NCBI GenBank assembly: GCA_963668025.2
Contig: CAXXTH010000013.1
Coordinates: 23,038-87,037 of the forward strand
DNA: 64,000 nucleotides
Direction of reading: 5' to 3'
Origin: Candidatus Hydrogenedentota bacterium
GTDB lineage: Bacteria; Hydrogenedentota; Hydrogenedentia; Hydrogenedentales; SLHB01
Below, in pieces: positions 60,035 to 64,000 of the stretch (within the stretch, counting starts at the first letter, position 1; each line of letters starts with the position of its first letter). Position numbers and translations under genes: made by a program. The notes below the pieces were generated by a model. It had not been told where the DNA came from and searched no databases. It was given only the letters and a program-made list of their open reading frames with translations.

Positions 60035-62350
60035 GTGGATATGCTTGAAACAGATAAGAATTGGATGATCGAGGAAACAGAATACCATCCCTCGAAAGAG
60101 CCCCTAGGCGGCACACATTTTTGTACTGGAAATGGATTCATGGGCCTGCGCGGCAGCTTCGAGGAATCGGGCGCTTCACAAGCACAAGCCCTGTTAGTGG
60201 CGGGGCTCTATCAAAAGAATGTAGGGCGCGGCTATTCGTTCGCGGATACTTTTTTTCGTAAACGTTTTGTCCTTGATGAAGTGAAAATACGCCGGGAAGA
60301 AGTCTGCCACACGTTGGTGAATATTTCCGATCCGCTTTTAGTGAATATTATCATCGGCGGCAAGCCGTTCCGCATGTGGGACGGTATTCTACTCGAATAC
60401 CGCCGCTGGCTGGATATGCATTCTTCTTGCCTATGCCGTGAAGTCCGATGGGACAACGGCGCGGGATTGATCACCCGCATTCGCATCGACCGCTTTACCA
60501 GTATGGCGGACCGCAATCTTATCTTAATGCGGTATGCCATCACACCAGAGAATTATTCTGGGGAAGTGTGCATCGAGAGCGGCATAGATGCCAGCATCAA
60601 TGATCGGTGCCGGGAGTCGCTGATTGATGCGGATGGCGCGCCCGATGGCGTTACGCTCATGTTCTCCTTGCCTGACCCCCTAATGGAAATGGGGCAGGCC
60701 GTACGCCACAAGCTGTTCCTCGGCGAACAGCTTGTGGAGCCACAGTGGGAGCGGCTTGAGGTTAACCGGTGTTATACCGTGGCCACGCAGGTACAGGTAG
60801 GTCAGGGTGAAACCTGTTGTATGGAAAAAGTCATTTCAGTGCAAGTGTCACGTGAGGGCGCGCCTGTAGACAACCCCATACGCTGCGCCCAAGAGGGCGC
60901 GAATACGGCGCTCCGCCTTGGATATGCGCAATGCTTTGAGGCGCATCGTGCCGTATGGGAGCAAATATGGGCTCAATCCGATATCGAAATCGAAGGCGAT
61001 GATAAAGCACAGCGCCTGGTTCGTTTTGCTGTATATCATCTGATTATCGCCGCGCCTTGGAACGACGCCACCGTGAGTATTGGAGCAAGATCTCTGAGCG
61101 GACCGGGATATGGGGGGCTCGTATTCTGGGAAACCGATATCTACTTGATGCCTTTCTACGACTGGACTTTCCCAGAAATAGCCCGAAACCATTTCCTCTA
61201 CCGATATGCCCTGTTGGACGCCGCTCGAGAGAATGCACGGGTAAGTGGAGCGCCAGGTGCGCGCTATCCCTGGGAAAGCGCCCTGTCGGGCAAAGAGGAA
61301 ACGGCGGAATATCTCATTTGCAGCCGGACACAGTTGCATATTGTGCCCGATGTCTGCCTGGCGGCGAAACGTTACGCCGATGCCAGCGGAGATAGTTCGT
61401 TCGGGGCGCGGCAAGCATTGGAGATGGCGATTGAAGGTGCGCGTTTTATGGCGCACTTCACTGAGTTTGATGCGCAAAAGAAGCGCTGCACCATTCGGAA
61501 TGTGGGCGGCCCAGATGAGTATCATCCTGTTACGGATAGCAATTCCTATACCAATTTCATGACGGCGCGGCTATTTGAATATGCGGCTGGCGCATGGGCG
61601 GAATTGTTGAAGGTTTCTCCAGATGAAGCATCGGCTCTTCGGGAACGCCTTGGCCTCGAGGATAAAGAAATAAGCGCCTGGCTTGAAATGGCGCAGGCTA
61701 TGGAATTTCTGGAAGAACCAGGCACCGGACTCATCGAGCAGTGTGCCGGTTACTTCCAGCTCAAGGGAGAGTGGAGCAACGTCGGCCGCCAGTACGGCGG
61801 CCCGGCCGCGGAATACCACGAATGCCAAGGGATCAAACAACCCGACGTACTTTTGTTGCTTGCTCTATTTCCTGAATCCTTCAGCCACAAGCATCTGCTT
61901 GCGAATTGGGATTACTATGAGCGTTTCACCCAGCATGGCTCGTCTCTCAGCCCATCCGTCCATGCCTGGATGGCCGCACGTATCGGGCTGATGCAGAAAG
62001 CGCGCGACTATTTCCTGATGGGAGGCGATTTCCCGTTCACGGATTACAACAAGGATAGCGTAGGCGGCGTCCAGATCGGCAACTCCGGCGGTTTGTGGCA
62101 AGCGATTCTGTTCGGCTTCGCGGGAATCATGCCCAACGGTTCTTCACTGCGCCTGGATCCCAAGCTGCCCAAAGAATGGAAACGCTTGCGTATTCGTTTG
62201 GCCTATCGGGGCCAACGTTTTCGGATAGATATAGGGCCAGAATATCTTCAGGTCGAAGCGGATGCTTCAAACTCGGAGGCAATACCATTCGAATTCCGGG
62301 GGGCTATCTGTGAAGTCGGCCCAGGTAATGGCGCCGTACGCATGCGTTAG
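60035..62350 (+). CDS. GH65 glycoside phosphorylase/hydrolase
   Basis: GNGFMGLRG, GLVFWETD, GARYPWES, catalytic GPDEYH, IKQPDV and HGSSLS motifs. Confidence 0.93.
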   Translation: MDMLETDKNWMIEETEYHPSKEPLGGTHFCTGNGFMGLRGSFEESGASQAQALLVAGLYQKNVGRGYSFADTFFRKRFVLDEVKIRREEVCHTLVNISDPLLVNIIIGGKPFRMWDGILLEYRRWLDMHSSCLCREVRWDNGAGLITRIRIDRFTSMADRNLILMRYAITPENYSGEVCIESGIDASINDRCRESLIDADGAPDGVTLMFSLPDPLMEMGQAVRHKLFLGEQLVEPQWERLEVNRCYTVATQVQVGQGETCCMEKVISVQVSREGAPVDNPIRCAQEGANTALRLGYAQCFEAHRAVWEQIWAQSDIEIEGDDKAQRLVRFAVYHLIIAAPWNDATVSIGARSLSGPGYGGLVFWETDIYLMPFYDWTFPEIARNHFLYRYALLDAARENARVSGAPGARYPWESALSGKEETAEYLICSRTQLHIVPDVCLAAKRYADASGDSSFGARQALEMAIEGARFMAHFTEFDAQKKRCTIRNVGGPDEYHPVTDSNSYTNFMTARLFEYAAGAWAELLKVSPDEASALRERLGLEDKEISAWLEMAQAMEFLEEPGTGLIEQCAGYFQLKGEWSNVGRQYGGPAAEYHECQGIKQPDVLLLLALFPESFSHKHLLANWDYYERFTQHGSSLSPSVHAWMAARIGLMQKARDYFLMGGDFPFTDYNKDSVGGVQIGNSGGLWQAILFGFAGIMPNGSSLRLDPKLPKEWKRLRIRLAYRGQRFRIDIGPEYLQVEADASNSEAIPFEFRGAICEVGPGNGAVRMR

Positions 62351-62391
62351 CGCCAACGGTGTATTCTGTCTAGTCTGTTATTTTTGGAGGG

Positions 62392-63919
62392 ATGGACATG
62401 GAAATGTCGAGGAGAGGATTTATGGCTTCTACAGTTGTTATGGGGGCTAGTTTGCTGGCTGGAGCAACGGGTGCTGCTCCAGCGCCAAAAGGCGCTTTCG
62501 CGCGGTCATCGAAGGAATTCACTCACCGTATGGCCTTCGGCTGCTGGATCAATGACATGCGAACGGAGCCGCTTCCATTTTCCGGATGGCCGCCGCCCGT
62601 CCTAGATGATGTTACCGTGGATAGTATCATCCGCATGCTGGACCTGAATGCGCAGTTTGGTTATAACAAACTAGATATATATGGATTATTCACGACATGG
62701 GGCTGGCCCGTGGATATCCCCAGCGCGGTGGATCCGGAACGGGCAAAACGGGTGAAAAAAAATCATCCAGGCGGCCCAGAAGCGGAACATCGAGGTCGTT
62801 TACGGCTTGGGCGTCTATAGCTGGGGATTTGACGAAATCATCAAGCACGATCCCAATGTGGCTGGCCCCAATCCCCACGCCATGTGCGCGAGCACTGATG
62901 CCTCTTTCGAATGGCAGAAAAAGGTCATCGATTTTGTGCTGGAATGGGAAATCGACGGATTTCACCTTGAATCCGCGGATCAAGGGCGATGCACATGTGA
63001 TAAGTGCATGGAGCGCTGGCCCGATCAATTCGAATACCACCACCATATCACCTCCTTAGCCGCGGACTATATTCGAAGCAAGTCGCCAGAGAAACATCTA
63101 TGTACCACACTGATAAGCTGGATGGATTGGAACTTGAAGCTCAATGATCGGAATAAAGAGCTTCTTGTGGCGCTCAGTGATAAGGTGGATTGTATATATG
63201 ACCAAGGCCACCACTCGTGCTACCTGAAGGAGTCGGAGCGCCAGGAGTTCATTAGCCGCCTTCACTGTGATTGGGGCACGTCTGGCGGGGTCTGGGTGTA
63301 TCCGCCGTTCCGCTATCATCGACTCAATTGGTTTCTGCCGTACGCTCAAGGCACAGGACGCCACATCCGTTCCCTGTTCGAGGATGGCGGGCGCGGCGTG
63401 ATGTATTATCAAGGGCCTGTCAACAATCCCGGCGCGGAAGCCAATATTGCGTTTGGCGGAGAAATCATGTCCAATCCCAGCCAAAGCGTTGAAGACGCGT
63501 TGTCCCGCGTCTTGGAGGAACTCTACAAACCAAAGACACCGGAAGCCCTCGACAAACTCGTGAAGGTTTTCGTCAAAGCGGAAGATGCGTACTTCGGCAA
63601 CATGGATTATGACGAAGACGGCGTGCATCTCAAGACCCTCAAGGCGTTTCCAGGGCCAGGCGAGTTGCATATCTCCTTTCCCGTGGCGGGGGCTTCTGGC
63701 CCACCCGCCTATATCTTCGAGCCTAATCTCACGCTGGATGGGCGGGCGGCCTACCAGCAAGGCCTTCAAGAATGCCTTAAGGAAGTGCTTGATTTGGAGG
63801 GAACCTTGGAAGCCGAAGCCAAGCGCAAGGATTTGGAAACAGCCTTGTTGAATACCTTGACTATCGTGCGCACCGCCGTGGATGCGGAACGCGGGGTGGG
63901 AAAGCGGTCATATGAATAG
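62392..63919 (+). pseudogene. Tat-exported TIM-barrel-like protein split by a +1 frameshift at an A8 run (real slip or sequencing error)
   Basis: Tat signal SRRGFM. A8 at 62755-62762; removing one A gives VKKIIQAAQKRNIEVVYGLGVYSWG and joins ORFs 62392 and 62807 into about 508 aa with DGFHLE and CTCDKC. Confidence 0.8.
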
Positions 63920-64000
63920 AGAGTAGCCAATTCAGCATGCGAAATTTTGGTGTAAAGCAAAACTGATTGGCTAAGAAAATCGCATATTAATCGCAGTTTA

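Overview
A 64-kb bacterial window dominated by carbohydrate-utilisation genes. The DUF1559 proteins carrying an '[18 protein letters not shown]' block and the 'PVxG-TM-basic' C-terminal tails suggest Candidatus Hydrogenedentes or a PVC-like lineage; this is inference. Layout: (1) 3' end of a FIST-domain gene and a solo HEPN gene (1-1.4 kb). (2) Sugar locus A (1.9-22.7 kb): two GH42-like paralogues, a GPH/MFS symporter, a surface protein with tandem CBM-like domains, a RhaR-like AraC regulator divergent from a DUF1559 pilin-like gene, an ADP-ribosylglycohydrolase-fold protein, a TIM-barrel isomerase and a DeoR-kinase-isomerase-amidohydrolase operon. (3) A duplicated hairpin element and an AT-rich island of small genes (22.7-26.3 kb). 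(4) An ArsR-permease-thioredoxin-DGC-CcdA operon (26.4-30.0 kb). (5) Sugar locus B, about 33 kb and all on the + strand: SSS symporter, FN3/PASTA surface protein, paired uncharacterised GH-like proteins, deacetylase, beta-PGM, GH65, two URO-D-fold proteins, two Gfo/Idh/MocA enzymes, tandem DUF1559 pilin-like genes plus a lipoprotein, an M24-fold protein lacking two metal ligands, a fused SBP-permease ABC system, and a Tat protein split at an A8 run. The best candidate for an undescribed system is a SusC/SusD-free glycan-capture architecture of DUF1559 pilin-like proteins plus PVxG-anchored surface proteins. No rRNA, tRNA, CRISPR array or transposase was seen. All family calls come from motif recognition by eye, not from database searches.
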